Assembly: GCA_964016885.1 (NCBI GenBank) | Contig: OZ024758.1 | Location: 14,384,001-14,448,000, forward strand | Reading direction: 5' to 3' | Length of the DNA: 64,000 bases | From: Eledone cirrhosa | Lineage: Eukaryota | Shown: positions 1-15,340 of the stretch, piece after piece | Numbering within the stretch: the first letter of the stretch is position 1 | Layout of the letters: every line of letters begins with the position of its first letter | Position numbers and translations under genes: made by a program | The notes under the pieces: model-generated | Told to the model about the DNA's origin: nothing | Database searches by the model: none | The model's input: the letters and a program-made list of their open reading frames with translations, nothing else

Positions 1-1262
1 AATAATGGTTTCAGATTTAGACAAAAGGCCAACAATTTGTTGGGGGGAGGGGGAAGTCGATTAAATCGACCCCAGTGCGTGACTGGTACTTTATTTTATC
101 AACCCTGTAAGGATGAAAAGCAAAGCTAAGTGGGATTTGAACTCAGAATGCAAAGGGCCGTAACTCTATGCCTCTAAGCATATTGTCTGACGCTCTACCG
201 ATTCTGCCAATCCACAATAATACATTGTTGCTGTTAAGCTTTATAATCGATATAAATGTAGATTCCGAATCTCTTACGCCCAAAACATAAAAATCTGATG
301 AAAAAAAAAAAATGTTTAAGTGCCTAATAAAAACGTTTGAAGAATATTAAAATATCCATTTATATGTAAAACGAATTTATGCCAATGTCCCCCCCCCCTC
401 CATCCCCTGTCCCTTCTTGAATTCGACACCACGTCTTCTTCTCCCCTGCCTGAGGTATTGGTTCCTGCTACCTACCCTCCTTAAGTATAGTTTCCGTCCC
501 CCACCATCAACCCAGACGTCCGTCCATCGTATTCCAGATTTCTGGTCTTCTCCCTTCACTCTTCACTTAATAATTTTCCTGATTTACAACCCCAAAAAGG
601 CGACAAATCTCTCTCTCTCTCTCTCTCTCTCACACACTCACACACACACACACACACACATAGACGAAAGGCAACTCTTTCCACCACCACCACAAAACTT
701 TAGAGCAACATTTCTCAACATGTTTACCCTTGAAGAAACCCTTGAAATAGTTTTCATGTCTCAAGGAACTCCTGCATAAAAAAAGTGTTATATACCATTA
801 TTAAAATCCCGCCGAGGTTGACTTTGCCTTTCATCATTACGGGGTCGATAAAATAAAGTACCAGTAATGTACTGTGTAATTGCTGGCCTTGTGCCAAAAG
901 TAGAAACAATTATTAATATCTACCTCTTTTAGAGGGTGAAGTCTTTCTCCAACAATATGTCGTACATGTATAGTAGAATAACAAATATTAAATTAAATAA
1001 AAATGACTCAAAAATACATTAGTTTATTTATCATTGTTTCTCGCAGAGCCCCTAGTGACCTCTTGCGGAACCCTAAGGTCCCGGGGAACACCGGTTTAAT
1101 AAAAACCCCGTTAGAGTATTCACTACTCACAGCCATAGAACTTATAAAACAATTCTACGAAATCTCTTTTATATATCAAGATATCGCAAGAAAGACATTT
1201 TCGAGACCGGCTTTACAGGCTGTTGTTCAGTTTGGAACCGATTGTTCCAACAGAATTAACTT

Positions 1263-1311
<49 letters not shown>

Positions 1312-1637
1312 GGGTTTGGACGGGGGGGGGGGGGGATTCCCGTCCAAACCCATGCAAGCGTGGAAGATGGACGTTAAACAATGATGATGATGATGATGAC
1401 ACATACATTATATATGTATATATACATATATATATATTTTTTAAATTAGAGGTGTGACACACGAGTTGTGATATATTAGTAAAAAGGAAAAGAAAATATA
1501 TATATATATATATTAGTAAATATATATATATATATATTAGTAAAAAGGAAAAGAAAATGCTGACAAATTTTTCCCAGTGAAAAATTTGTCAGCATGTTCT
1601 TTTCCTTTTTACTAATATATATATATATTTATATACG

Positions 1638-1697
<60 letters not shown>

Positions 1698-1928
1698 AAG
1701 TGATAAAACGATCAAATTTTAGTTTAGAACATTTATTTGCTGGACAATTGTTTCTTCCAGAGGGAAGTCTGGAATCATCGGAATGATCGTTTTAACACTT
1801 TGTATCTCGGCTCTGTAAAACACTTGAACATTTGCATTGAGCCTTTTGTCATACCGGTAACCGGCTAGTACTTAGTACTACCCTCCATATTTATAATTGT
1901 ATTAAACATATATAAATATAAATATTCT

Positions 1929-1987
<59 letters not shown>

Positions 1988-2182
1988 GAAAATAAAAAGT
2001 TACGGGCGAAAGAGGGTATTATCCATCATCAGTTGTCTGCTAGGAATCATCGATATTTCTTTGCGTTAGAGACAAGATATCTCAACCTAGTGTGATCAAT
2101 AACTAAAATAAGTTATTGGGATATAAAAGGGGAAAAGAGAGAAAAAATACGTAAACAGACACGAAAAGTAAAGCAACGTAAA

Positions 2183-2227
<45 letters not shown>

Positions 2228-2660
2228 TACATATATATATATAAATACACATACTTCTCATACATAAAAACTCATTTATTATCATTCAATTGACAGTGAC
2301 TTTGAATTTTCGCATGGTTTATGGTTTATTCAAAGAGTATGAGTTAAACTACCGCCCAAGTAAAACTTGGAAGCCATTGTCAATAAAATTATATAATAAA
2401 TATTAGACTCTATACTTACATTTTTTAATCTGTCAGGGTTAGTTTTATGTAATATAAAACATATTTTTAATCCCATAGAAACTTATATATACAATCAAAC
2501 ATGATTTACATTATGTGTGGGTGTTGAATTGTTTAGCATACGGTAAGTCATGACGACTATCACATCATCCTCTCAATCATTGTGTTACCAAGACCACAAC
2601 ATTCAATGTGCTTTTCTTTTTTAAAGTTAGCACACGCATGCACGCACAACCATCCATATA

Positions 2661-2706
<46 letters not shown>

Positions 2707-2893
2707 AGGTCACAGCCAAAGATGGCTGTCACCGAAATATATATAGCAGTAATAAACGAAGCTAAATTTTAAACATTTGACTTTTTATTTTACTTTATTT
2801 TACATTACTCCGGAGTAACCAAACCAACCTGCGCACTTCGTCGAGTGCTCCAGCCTGCATACTGAGGTGTTGGTATACAACCAACATATACTC

Positions 2894-2999
<106 letters not shown>

Positions 3000-3147
3000 T
3001 TTTGAGTATATGTTGGTTGTATACCAACACCTCAGTATGCAGGCTGGAGCACTCGACGAAGTGCGCAGGTTGGTTTGGTTACTCCGGAGTAATGTAAAAT
3101 AAAGTAAAATAAATAAGTCAAATATTTAAAATTTGGCTTCGTTTATT

Positions 3148-3202
3148 ACTGCTTTATATATTTCGGTGACAGCCATCTTTGGCTGTGACCTCTTCAGGCA
3201 GT
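3148..3202 (-). ncRNA. Minimal type I hammerhead ribozyme motif (cleavage site mutated), in a fold-back element
   Basis: Reverse complement reads ACTGC CTGAAGA GGTCACAGCCA-AAGA-TGGCTGTCACC GAAA TATATA AA GCAGT. The opposite arm (2704-2750) has the intact GAAA TATATA TA GCAGT but lacks the 5' core. Confidence 0.6.
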
Positions 3203-3471
3203 CCGAATTAGTGTGGTATATACAAGTACATATGTTGTTGAGGTGTATAACTTTGTCAATACTCTGATATGCCCAGTTCCTGGTTGGGTTGTTATTTCAC
3301 TGAGGAACTGGAATCGTATATATATATACATATATATATATGTAAAAGTTCTATTTAAATTGTTGGGATACAACAAGCAAATATTTTTATAACTGATATA
3401 AAGCACTCAACAAATATTTGGAGTAAAAATACGATATTAACAAATGGAAACTATATTTATAAAACCATATT

Positions 3472-3536
3472 TATTTCATTATACATATTTCAAGGACACC
3501 AAATTAAATTATGGTGTGCTTTCATCAGATAAAATA
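3472..3536 (-). ncRNA. Minimal type I hammerhead ribozyme motif, family A
   Basis: Reverse complement: TATTTTAT CTGATGA AAGCACACCA..TGGTGTCCTT GAAA TATGTA TA ATGAAATA. Confidence 0.7.
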
Positions 3537-3593
3537 TAATATAGATCAGTTTTATAAATAAATATTGACATACCCTTCCATTTGTTAATATCG

Positions 3594-3629
<36 letters not shown>

Positions 3630-3859
3630 ACAAAGGAATTGTGGTAAGGAACCAGATGGACCATAACGCACCAGAGTACTCAATACTTAGGGTAGTAGAG
3701 TGGGAAATAGGAAAAAGTATGACCCCGACGGCAGAGCTCAAGCCGTTTCGACGGCTATTTCTGGACTGTCCAGAAATAGCCGTCGAAACGGCTTGACCTC
3801 TGCCGTCGGGGTCATACTTTTTCCTATATATATATATATAAGTATACACACACACATAC

Positions 3860-4920
3860 ACACCTACGTTCAAATGTCTTGGCTGTGAGGTGAACTCAAA
3901 TGCATCTCTCGATGACGAGATAATCAGTCGTATAAGGAAAGCTAGGAGTGCATTTGGCGAACCCAGTCATCGCTTCTGGACTGGGAGGGGCATAGAGTTA
4001 GACACCAACACACCAAGTCTATAAAGCTGTTGTATGGGCCACAATCTTGGGCTGCATATAAGCCGTACATCAACAAACTGGGCGTCTTTCATAAATGTAG
4101 TGTTCGAGCATTCTGTGGTTACACAAAGGGCGAAATTTGATGTATTGAGACCTTTCTCATGCAACCAGAGACATGTGAACCTTTAAATACCCAAACGGGG
4201 AGTACCATGAAGAAAAGTGCCCCAAAACGGGGAGAAATGAAGCAAAATGGGAAGATTTTACATAATGATTTCAATGAAAGCAATACCCATTTTCACAAGA
4301 GAAGACATCTCTCACCCACCCACGGATGGGTGGGAGATCTCCCCGTCGGACAGGGAGAGTTGACAGGTCTGCAATCACAACTATACTCATTTGGTCATGT
4401 CTTCAGAACAAGTGACACAAAAATACCTAAAGTCCTCGTGTATTGCCAGCTTGATAGTGGTAATGGGCAGAGCCGGATTTAGGACAAACGAGGCCCTGCA
4501 TTAATTAAGTTATGAGGCCCCTTACTTGGGCTCTGAAAGAGGTAAAACATTTTTTTTACAGGAAGATGCCCACCGCCTCGCCTTGTACTTAAGCACACCT
4601 AAGCAGAATCCAGCACTGGTCATGACTCAGGTACAAAGACAAGCTGATGAGTAAATCTTTCAGCAATCAATATATCTCGTAAGACCTTTGAGGAAGAGGC
4701 CTTGTAACGGAACGACAGGAAATTTGTGTGTCATAATGGGATTAGGAACTTCGAATCCGGCTTGATCCATTGGCTACAAGAAGCAAGAGAGAGGACAAAA
4801 GCGTTGTCAAACATACCAGCAACATTACCCAGTAAACCTAACCTTTGTACAATATGTGGACTCGTTTGTATATCACTGGTGGGACTAAAATATTATATCC
4901 GACATAAACATCCAAACTGA
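3860..4920 (+). pseudogene. Old RTE-like LINE 3' region, interrupted by MITEs
   Basis: DDEIISRIRKARSAFG-like start, FGHVFRTSDTKIPKVLVYCQL, and terminal CTICG..C.SLVGLKYYIRHKH zinc-knuckle-like remnants. Confidence 0.55.
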
Positions 4921-5302
4921 ATAAGTTGTTGGATTTCCATACGTCCAAATCGACGGGAGAGTCCATCATATATGTATATATGGCGGCTGAGTTCGAATCT
5001 AGCTGTCGAAACGGCCAGAGCTCAGCCGGCGGGCGCCTGATTCTTTTCCTATTAGCCACTCTACTACCCTAAGTATTGAGTACTCTGGTGCGTTATGGTC
5101 CACCTGGTATCTTACCACGCCCTCTTTGTTATATATATATATATTTGTTATATATATATGTAACTATATATATATATATTATATTTCGTTTCTGAATTTG
5201 TTTAGCAAGATTCTTTATCTGAAAACGTGTGTTGAAACCGATATTGTTATTGCTTTGGGAGGGTCATGGTTGCCAATATATACACAACACACACACATAA
5301 CA

Positions 5303-5347
<45 letters not shown>

Positions 5348-5600
5348 TATGCATATGAATATATACCCCCCCCTCTCTCTCTCTCTCTTTCTGAGTGAAA
5401 AGGGACAAAAAGGGAAGAGATAAATAGTTAAATTATATAGCCATACAGAGGTAGATTAAGAATTGAGACTTATATTTCCAGATGTGGTCCACCTATCCCC
5501 ACCATCGCCACCGACGGTACTCCCCCCTCTCTCTTTTCCTCAGCCCATTCCCCACGTCTTCCTACTTCCACTTCGTTTGTCTTAATACCATTGAACTTCG

Positions 5601-5639
<39 letters not shown>

Positions 5640-6295
5640 ATACACGTACATATCTACACACGCACACGAATACACGTACATATCTACACACACACACACA
5701 CACACATACATACACCATAGGAACATTTCCAGACTGGATTCAGAAGAGAACGGGAGAGAGAGATGGTGGTGGTGGTGGTGGGAGGTGACACAGTGTCTGA
5801 TGAGGGATTTAACTGGGGAAGATTATAATGATGATGATGATAGTGGTGGTGGTGGTAGTGGTGGTGGTAGTGGTAGTGGTGGTGGTAGTGGTGGTGGTGG
5901 TAGTGGTAGTGGTGGTGGTAGTGGTGGTGGTGGAAGGTGGTAGTGGTAGTGGTGGTAGTGGTAGTGGTGGTGGTGGAGGTGGTGGTAGTGGTAGTGGTGG
6001 TGGTGGTGGTGGTGGTAGTGGTGGTAGTGGTGGTAGTGGTGGTAGTGGTGGTGGTGGTAGTGGTGGTGGGGAGGTGGTCGTAGTGGTGGGTAGTGGTGGT
6101 GGATCGAGTCACAATGTCTGATGAGAGATTTAACTGGGGAAGATCATGATGATGATGATGATGATAATAATTGTTTCTACTTTTGGCACCTACCACCACA
6201 CTACCACCACTATCACCATCATCATTATAATCTTCCCCAGTTAAATCTCTCATCAAGACATTGTGACTCGACCCACACCAACTACCCCCTCACCC

Positions 6296-6332
<37 letters not shown>

Positions 6333-6459
6333 ATTACTGATACTTTACTTTATCGACCCCCGTAAGGACGAAAGGCTGGTGGTGGTGGTGGTGGCGGCAT
6401 CGGCGACGATGGTAGGTAGTAGTGGTGGCGATGATGATACTGATGGTGAGGTGGGGGGA

Positions 6460-7210
6460 GGAGCAACCGTGGTGTCGGTAGTAGCAGTAATAGTGGTGGT
6501 GGTGGTGGTAATGTAGGGGTGATGATGGTGAGGGGGAGGGAGCAGCCGTGGTGCCGGCAGTAGTAGCAGTGGTGGTGGTGGTGGTGGTGGTGGTGATGAT
6601 GGTGAGGGGGGAGGGAGCAGCCGTGGTGCCGGCAGTAGTAGCAGTGGTGGTGGTGGTAATGTAGGGGTGATGGTGGTGAGGGGGGTGGGAGCAGCCGTGG
6701 TGCCGGCAGTAGTAGTGGTGGTGGTGGTGGTGGTAGTGTAGGGGTGATGATGGTGAGGGGGGTGGGAGCAGCCGTGGTGCCGGCAGTAGTAGCAGTGGTG
6801 GTGGTGGTGGTAGTGTAGGGGTGATGATGGTGAGGGGGGTGGGAGCAGCCGTGGTGCCGGCAGTAGTAGCAGTGGTGGTGGTGGTGGTGGTGGTGGTAGT
6901 GTAGGGGTGATGATGGTGAGGGGTGGGAGCAGCCGTGGTGCCGGCAGTAGTAGCAGTGGTGGTGGTGGTGGTGGTGGTAATGTAGGGGTGATGATGGTGA
7001 CGGTGGAGGGAGCAGCCGTGGTGGTGGTGGTGGTGGTAGTGTAGGGGTGATGATGGTGAGGGGGGTGGGAGCAGCCGTTGTGCCGGCAGTAGTAGCAGTG
7101 GTGGTGGTGGTGGTGGTGGTAATATAGGGGTGATGATGGTGACGGTGGAGGGAGCAGCCGTGGTGGTGGTGGTGGTGGTGGTGGCAGTAGTAGTAATGGT
7201 GGTGGTGGTG
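6460..7210. repeat. GGT-rich minisatellite, ~70-80 bp units
   Basis: Repeated GGAGCAGCCGTGGTGCCGGCAGTAGTAGCAGT(GGT)n..GTAGGGGTGATGATGGTGAGG. Confidence 0.9.
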
Positions 7211-7899
7211 GCGGCAATGCTGGTGACAAGTCTGTAGTAATGGTTGTAATTGTTGATAGGTGATCAAGGTTTTGACAGTGGGCGTGGTGGTGTAGTAAGA
7301 CGTTGATGGAGGCGGCGACAGATGTTTAAGTGGTTCTTATGGTACTATTGGTAGAGATGGCGGTGGTGGTAGTTGTAAATGTGATGGTGGTGGTGATGGT
7401 GGTGGTGATGGTGGTGATGGTGGTGGTGATGGTGGTGTTGGTTGTAAATGTGATGGTGGTGGTGAGGGTGACGGCGGCGGTGGTGGTGGTGATAGTGGCG
7501 ATGTTGGTGTTGGTTGTAAATGTGAATATGGGTGCTGGTGGAGAAATCCTTTGCTTCCTTGACCCCGGAGCAGCCGACGGTACGAGAGGGTCGAGTTACT
7601 TTAGTGAAGTCGACAGAGATGACAGCTGTTAATTAACTTCTGCCTCCAATAAGATTGCTGACCGTGGGTCGAGGGGGTGGGGTGGGGGTGCAGCTACACA
7701 CAGAAAATAAAAATAAAACGACTTAAGCCTCTACAGATGAAGTTAACCAGTTGAGTTGTTGTTGTTACTTAACCTTAGGTCAACCTTCAGCCGACAAACA
7801 AGGTCAAGATGTTCCATCCCAGACTCTGTAGATATATCTGTTTCGGAATGTATTCAATGTCCCCCCCCCCTTCTTTTTCTTCTTCTTGACGTCGTCGTT

Positions 7900-8044
7900 T
7901 AGTCCCAGAGTATGTATGTATGTATGGTCCCGTCACACTTGATAGAGTCGTAGGGGCGCCGTATTGACATACGGCGTTGCTTGGGCATTTTTAAGCCTGA
8001 CGGAGCCCATCCCTCTCCAGGCCTGGGTACAGCAGGTTTCTTCC

Positions 8045-8099
<55 letters not shown>

Positions 8100-8101
8100 G
8101 A

Positions 8102-8162
<61 letters not shown>

Positions 8163-8174
8163 AAGAGAGGAAAA

Positions 8175-8215
<41 letters not shown>

Positions 8216-8232
8216 GAAAGAGAGAGAAAGAA

Positions 8233-8265
<33 letters not shown>

Positions 8266-8525
8266 AAGAGAGAGAGAGAAGAAGAGAGAAGAGAGAAAGA
8301 GAGAAAGAGAGAGAGAGAAAGAGAGAAAGAGAGAGAGAGAGGAAATGAGAAAGAGGTACAGAGGAAGAATCGATACCAGTACAAGACTGGTACTTTTTTT
8401 TTATCGAACTCGAAAGGATGAAAGGCAAAGTTGACCTCGGTGGGATTTGGACTCAGAGAACAGAGAACGAATAGCATAAAGCATTCTATCAGACGCTCTA
8501 ACGACTCTGCCAATTCACCGCCTAG
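7900..8525 (-). mobile_element. Composite SINE (family-1 head, internal (CT)n, distinct tail ending in (CATA)n)
   Basis: Same head, body and tail at 27175-27540(+) and 9045-9262(+). Confidence 0.7.
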
Positions 8526-9621
8526 TTCCAGAGTAGCACTGATCAAGCATGTCTACGATCTAAGGTGTTTTCCGCACTACTCCTCTACACCATACTGGTA
8601 TTTCGTTTTAAAGAGAGCATACCAAGGACTACATTATCCAATGTGTTCCTCTTCCTCATGATGCTGCTATTGTTGTTGTTGTTGTTGTCAGGGCCGGACT
8701 TTCACTTGCTGGAGCCCTAAGCTATATGAAATTTGAGGCCCTTGTCTATAGATATATATAATTTTTTTTATGATTTAGGGTTAAAGAATAAGCATTAATG
8801 ATAAAATAAATACATATTTTTAAAAATGAGGTACCCGAGGGTGTTGTAGCCCTAAACTATATATATTTTTTTTAGTTTATAAGTAAGTCCAGCATTGGTT
8901 GTTATTTAGCCCCAAGGCAACACTAATCAACTATCTGTATGTATGATAAAACTAGTTCTAGACGGGATAATCCCGTCTCTTCTTATGTTTTCTTATCAAA
9001 CATTGTATCTAACAAACTTTCCTTTCCTAAGATTCCAGTTGTGGTTGGCAAGATCAACTTTGCCTTTCACCTTTTCGAAGTCGATAAAAAAGTACCAGTC
9101 TGGTACTGGGGTCGATTCTTCCTCTATATTTCTTTCTCATTTCATTTCTCTCATTCTCTGGAAGTAATCTGCTGTATTCAAACCTGGTGAGAAGATAGAT
9201 TCAGCCAGGTTTTAATATGTCCAAATGTCCAAATGTCAACACGGCGCCACTACGACTATCAGGAGGAAGTTGTGGTTGGAGGGAAGGTTTAGTTACTATT
9301 TCTAGCGGGTTGAGCTATCATGTAGAGGCTTCTTCTTTGTATCATATATGATCGAAGGCTATGGTGATAATTGGGTAAAAGTCACGAGTTCAATAAGTAA
9401 GTATCTGACCCAGGAAATAAACCTCAGTTTGATATAACACTTGAGAAACCGCAGAGGAAGTCACAAAGGAGAGACAAACGTGATTTAAAACGATGATATA
9501 GAGAGAGGAGGGACGTGGCGTTTATAACTGATGGTTAAGACTTTGGAAGTGAGTACGATAGTTGGCAGGGTCAGAGAGATGTTGGCGGTGGGTAGTTAAT
9601 AGGGATAGGGTCAGAGATTAT

Positions 9622-9797
9622 CAGACCCATCAACTCTCCCCATCGGACGGGGACATCTCCCACCCATTGGGTGAGAGATGTATTTTCTTCTGAAAATGGA
9701 TACAGCTTTCATTATGTAAAATCTCCCCATTTTGCAGCACTTTTTTTTTTTTTATAGTACTCCCCATTTGGTGGGTTTGTAGAGGTTGGTAGGTCTG
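9622..9797. mobile_element. MITE with CAGACC.. TIRs and 6-bp TSD
   Basis: TSD GATTAT on both sides; related copies at 4168-4371 (CAACCA/CAATCA) and ~23257-23457. Confidence 0.7.
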
Positions 9798-10107
9798 GAT
9801 TATCCTCCATGGGGATACACCACTTGTAATTCCATAGATTAAAATGGATTCTAGCAGAGGGAGCAAGATCGAAGAGTTTGGGGGAGATAGAAAGTAGAGT
9901 GCACAGCTTAAATGATTCTAGACATGACCAGGATTGATCATTTGTTATCTTAGAGAGAGAACAACTGAAGAAGGTTTTGCAGTTGAGTCTATGTGTACAG
10001 ACCTCTGCCAACCTCTAACCCAAACGGGGAGTACCATGGAAAAAGTGTCCACGCGAGTATCTTGGTCAGTCTATGAATTTTGCAGCCGAAACTCGTATGT
10101 GTGTGAG

Positions 10108-10174
<67 letters not shown>

Positions 10175-10215
10175 ATGATATTAATAAATGGAAACTATAT
10201 TTATAAAACCATATT

Positions 10216-10276
10216 TATTCTATTATATATATTTCAAGGGTACCAAAACTTTGGTACGCTCTCATCAGATAAAATA
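10216..10276 (-). ncRNA. Minimal type I hammerhead ribozyme motif, family A
   Basis: Reverse complement: TATTTTAT CTGATGA GAGCGTACCAAA..TTTGGTACCCTT GAAA TATATA TA ATAGAATA. Confidence 0.72.
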
Positions 10277-10394
10277 CAAAGTTTGTTTTATAAATAGTGA
10301 CATAACCAGGAATGAGACCTTAACGGTTCAAGTTCCGTTTGGATAGTTATAAATATATTTGTTGAATTACCAACAAATGAAATATCCCTTTACT

Positions 10395-10511
<117 letters not shown>

Positions 10512-10518
10512 CATATAT

Positions 10519-10561
<43 letters not shown>

Positions 10562-10562
10562 T

Positions 10563-10597
<35 letters not shown>

Positions 10598-10626
10598 CAT
10601 ATATATATACATATATATACATATAT

Positions 10627-10657
<31 letters not shown>

Positions 10658-10683
10658 TACATATATATACATATATATACATA

Positions 10684-10715
<32 letters not shown>

Positions 10716-10756
10716 CATATATATACATATATATACATATATATACATATATATAC

Positions 10757-10860
<104 letters not shown>

Positions 10861-10886
10861 ATATACTATATATATATATTATATTT

Positions 10887-10958
<72 letters not shown>

Positions 10959-10970
10959 TATACTATATAT

Positions 10971-11056
<86 letters not shown>

Positions 11057-11129
11057 GTAGACTGATAAGTTCATAGGATGACTATGAGAGAGTGATATGT
11101 TAGAGCTGTGAAATCTTACAATGCATTAT

Positions 11130-12110
11130 TTCACTCTTCTTATTAATAAACTGCATTGTTTCTTTCTAGGGTCTATGTTGAAAAATAAGCCTCATTTGGT
11201 CATTCCATGAGAGTCTCTTGGTCATTCCATGAGAGTCTCTTGGTCATCCATGAGAGTCTCTTGGTCATTCCATGAGAGTCTCTTGGTCAGCTTATGAACA
11301 CTTATTAATATTGGGTTGTAGATTGGCGGTATCGGTAGAGGGTTGGACGCCATGCTTTCCAGCAAAGTTACGACCCTTTACGATCTGAGTTCAAATCCCG
11401 CCGAGGTTGACTTTGCCTTTCATCCTTACGGGGTCGATAAAATAAAGCACCAGTAATACACTGGTTTAATTGCTGCCCCTGTGCCAAAAGTAGAAACAAT
11501 TAATATTGGGTTGTCAAGTATGAAATTTATAGAAAACAAATTTCTACAAATTTCATACTTGACGAGCCTATCAACCTTTTTTATTAATAACTGCATTGTT
11601 CTTTTCTAGAGACTATGTTGAAAAATAAACCATTTGGTCATTCCATGAGAGTATCTTGGTCAGCCTATCAACCCTTCTTATTAATAACTGCATTGTTCTT
11701 TTCTAGAGACTATGTTGAAAAATAAACCATTTGGTCATTCCATGAGAGTATCTTGGTCAGCCTATCAACCCTTCTTATTAATAACTGCATTGTTCTTTTC
11801 TAGAGACTATGTTGAAAAATAAACCATTTGGTCATTCCATGAGAGGTATCTTGGTCAGCCTATCAACCCTTCTTATTAATAACTGCATTGTTTCTTTCCA
11901 GGGACTATATTGAAAAATAAACCTCATTTGGTCATTCCATGAGAGTATCTTGGTCAGCCTATGAAGGAGTGATGCTAGAGCTGCGAAATTTTGCATGTAT
12001 TAATTTCAACTCTTCTAATTAATAACTGCATTGTTTCTTTCAAGGGACTATGTTGAAAAATAAACCTCATTTGGTCATTCCTTGAGAGTATCTTGGTCAG
12101 CCTATGAACT
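11130..12110. repeat. ~97-bp tandem repeat with internal 22-bp sub-array and SINE insertion
   Basis: Units starting GCCTATCAAC at 11663 and 11760; TTGGTCATTCCATGAGAGTCTC x4 at 11195-11290. Confidence 0.85.
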
Positions 12111-12834
12111 TTTCAGCTGACACTCGAACGATAAAACTGTCTTCTTTCTCATTCAACAGCCTTGTCTGGTTCAGTCACCAGCCTGCCTGTCTATTTAGCT
12201 AAGATTACTCAACTACCCGTACACAATAGTCAGTCCATAATCCAGTATTCCAAGCCAGTGAATGCAGGTTGAAGAGAGAGAGAGAGAGAGAGGGGGGGGG
12301 GGGCAGACACTTGTAGAGTTAGTCAAATACAATCAGCTTCCACCTTATTGCATGGCTACGGTTGTTTTATTCATTAAAGATAGACATTGTTAAACCTGTC
12401 ACTGCAGTCTCTCCTCTCTTTCTCTCCCCTATCTCTCTCTTTGTCTATCTGTCTGATTGTCTCTCTCTCTTTCTCTCTATTTATCTATCTCTCTCTCTCC
12501 TCACCTTTCTCACTTTCTGTTTGTTTGTTTCTCTCTATCTGTTTATCTCGCGCTCTCCTCACTCTCTATCTTTCTCTCTATCTATCAATCCCTTCCTTTA
12601 CATTCTTGTATAAGTTCTTTTCTCTCTCTCTCTCTCTCTCTCTCTACCTTCCCATTCCTTTATATCTCCCCTCTCCCTGTATTTTACTGCCTTTCTATCC
12701 ATTACTTTCTCTTTCTTTTGTTATCTCTCCCCGGCTCCTCATACTCTCTCTCTCGTCCCACTCTATCCTCTCTCCCTTTTAACCTTTCCTTTCATTCTGT
12801 TGCCCAAATCCTCGCCCTCGCCCTCAGTGTTTGG

Positions 12835-12898
<64 letters not shown>

Positions 12899-12955
12899 GT
12901 GAATTTGGAATCAGACTGAAAACTAAGGTCCAGTGTTTTTAAAGTGACACACACA

Positions 12956-12999
<44 letters not shown>

Positions 13000-13113
13000 G
13001 AGTTAGGGCCCGACAACTGAGCTCTTGCTGTTTCGACACCAAGTTCCAGACTTTATATATATATGACTGGAATGTCGAAACGGCAAGAGCTCAGCCGTCG
13101 GGCCCCAACTCTG

Positions 13114-13152
<39 letters not shown>

Positions 13153-13249
13153 AACAAGTATACTTGTCCTATTTCCCACTCTACTACCCTAAGTATTGAG
13201 TACTTTGGTGCGGTTATGGTCCATCTGGTTCCTTACCACATTTCCTTCG

Positions 13250-13293
<44 letters not shown>

Positions 13294-14237
13294 GTTGACA
13301 TGTTTGATAAGATATAGTTTGAGTGTAAAGGTTTTCTCTTTCTAGGTAATATAAAAGAATAACCAGAAACTGTCTCTCTCTCGACACACTCTCTTCCCCC
13401 CCTCTCTCTCTATGCTCTATATCCACTTTACTGTTTATTTTCCACCACACACATTCGTTGGCTCTCTCTCTCTCTTCCTCTGATTATTCCCTATTTTTCT
13501 TTCCCCTTTTTATCTATCTCTCTCTCTCTCTCTCTGTCTTTTTACCTCCCCTCCCTCTTTCTGCTTTTTTTCATATTTTTCTCCCCCCTCTGACTTTCTT
13601 TCTATCCATCTCCCCCTTTTTTTTCTCTTTCCCCTTTTATTTATCTCTCTCTCACTCTCTCTGTTTCCCCTGTCTTTCTACCTATCTCCCCCTTTTACTT
13701 TCCTCTCTCTCACATCTCTCTCGTCCTTCCTCCCCCGCTGTCTTTCCTTGCCTCCCCTTCCCTCTATACAAACAGTCACATACATATACATACATACACA
13801 CATACATACATACAAATACATACATACATACATACATACACACAACACAAATACATACACACACAATATACATACATACACACACAAATACATACATACA
13901 CATATACATACACACACACACAAATACACACACACATACAAATACATACATACACACATACATACACATTCAAATACATACACACACATATACATACATA
14001 CACACACACATACACACATTCAAATACATACATATACATACATACACATTCAAATACATACATACATACATACATACAAACACATTCAAATACATACATA
14101 CACACATTCAAATACATACATACACACACACATACACACATTCAAATACATACATACACATTCAAATACATACATACATACATACAAACAAACACATTCA
14201 AATACATACATACACATATAGATACATACACACACAC

Positions 14238-14268
<31 letters not shown>

Positions 14269-14675
14269 CATACATACATTCAAATACATACATACAAACT
14301 TGTCACTTGTTGATAGTGGCAATCCTCTGTTCTTTGTCACCAGTCTTTCTATTTCCTTATTTACTGTTTTCTCTCTCTCTCCTTTCCTAAACATACCTGG
14401 GAGAAATTATGTAAAAACGTCTCAGTGAAATAGCAGATTTCTCACCAAAGGTAAGTTTATTATATTTTTATAATCGTTAGATAAAAATACTAGGGGTTAA
14501 TTTAACCGAAAGCTCTCCCTCTCTCTACCCTAGAGTTTATTAATATATCGACATATATAACAGACAAATCATGTTAGTCTTTACAAATCATGTTTGTTGC
14601 TATGAGGTTCTATATTTCCTTTATAGTATATACGGAGTTGTTGGAAGTGTTGAAGTTATGTACTACATCTTCGAG

Positions 14676-14731
<56 letters not shown>

Positions 14732-14762
14732 CACACACACACATAATCATACATACACACCC

Positions 14763-14838
<76 letters not shown>

Positions 14839-15121
14839 AGTCAATCGGGGGTAACCACAGTAAGTAAAAATTATTTACTACATCTTCGATTTATATATAT
14901 ATATATATGTAGGAGGTGAGTTTTATTGTAGTACAATAAAGCAATTGCAGATATCGGATAAGAAGCACTCTACCGTTTGTAGGACTGGAGTATACATAAT
15001 ATATAAGATCAAAAGATGGTTAAAAGAGTTCCATGTATTTAATTATGCGCATTTCAATTTTTATCTGATTTAAAAACTGCACTATCCACAAGTGTTTTTT
15101 AACCTTCATATCATGTCTTCC

Positions 15122-15192
15122 TATTTTATCTGATGAAAACACAAATATTATTGCATGATGATATTTGTTTTTGAAATGCGCATAATAAAATA
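15122..15192 (+). ncRNA. Minimal type I hammerhead ribozyme motif, family B
   Basis: TATTTTAT CTGATGA AAACACAAATATT..GATATTTGTTTTT GAAA TGCGCA TA ATAAAATA; 8-bp perfect stem I, palindromic stem III. Confidence 0.8.
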
Positions 15193-15305
15193 CATGGAAC
15201 TCTTTTAACCATCTTATATATTATATATATATATATATAAATCGAAGATGTAGTAAATAATTTTTACTTATATATATATATATATATATATACACACCAT
15301 GTATA

Positions 15306-15340
<35 letters not shown>

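Noticed and set aside
1737-1790. Hammerhead-like motif on - (CCGATGA..GAAA CAATTG TC); similar weak ones at ~42200, ~47250, ~53630
   Set aside because: Core substitutions and missing or poor stem I; probably decayed relics, so not counted
5795-6275. CTGATGA-containing repeated and inverted motif
   Set aside because: No downstream stem II/GAAA, so not a hammerhead; only a short local inverted repeat
5482-7632. His/Pro/Gly/Thr-rich ORFs
   Set aside because: (GGT)n-based low-complexity repeats
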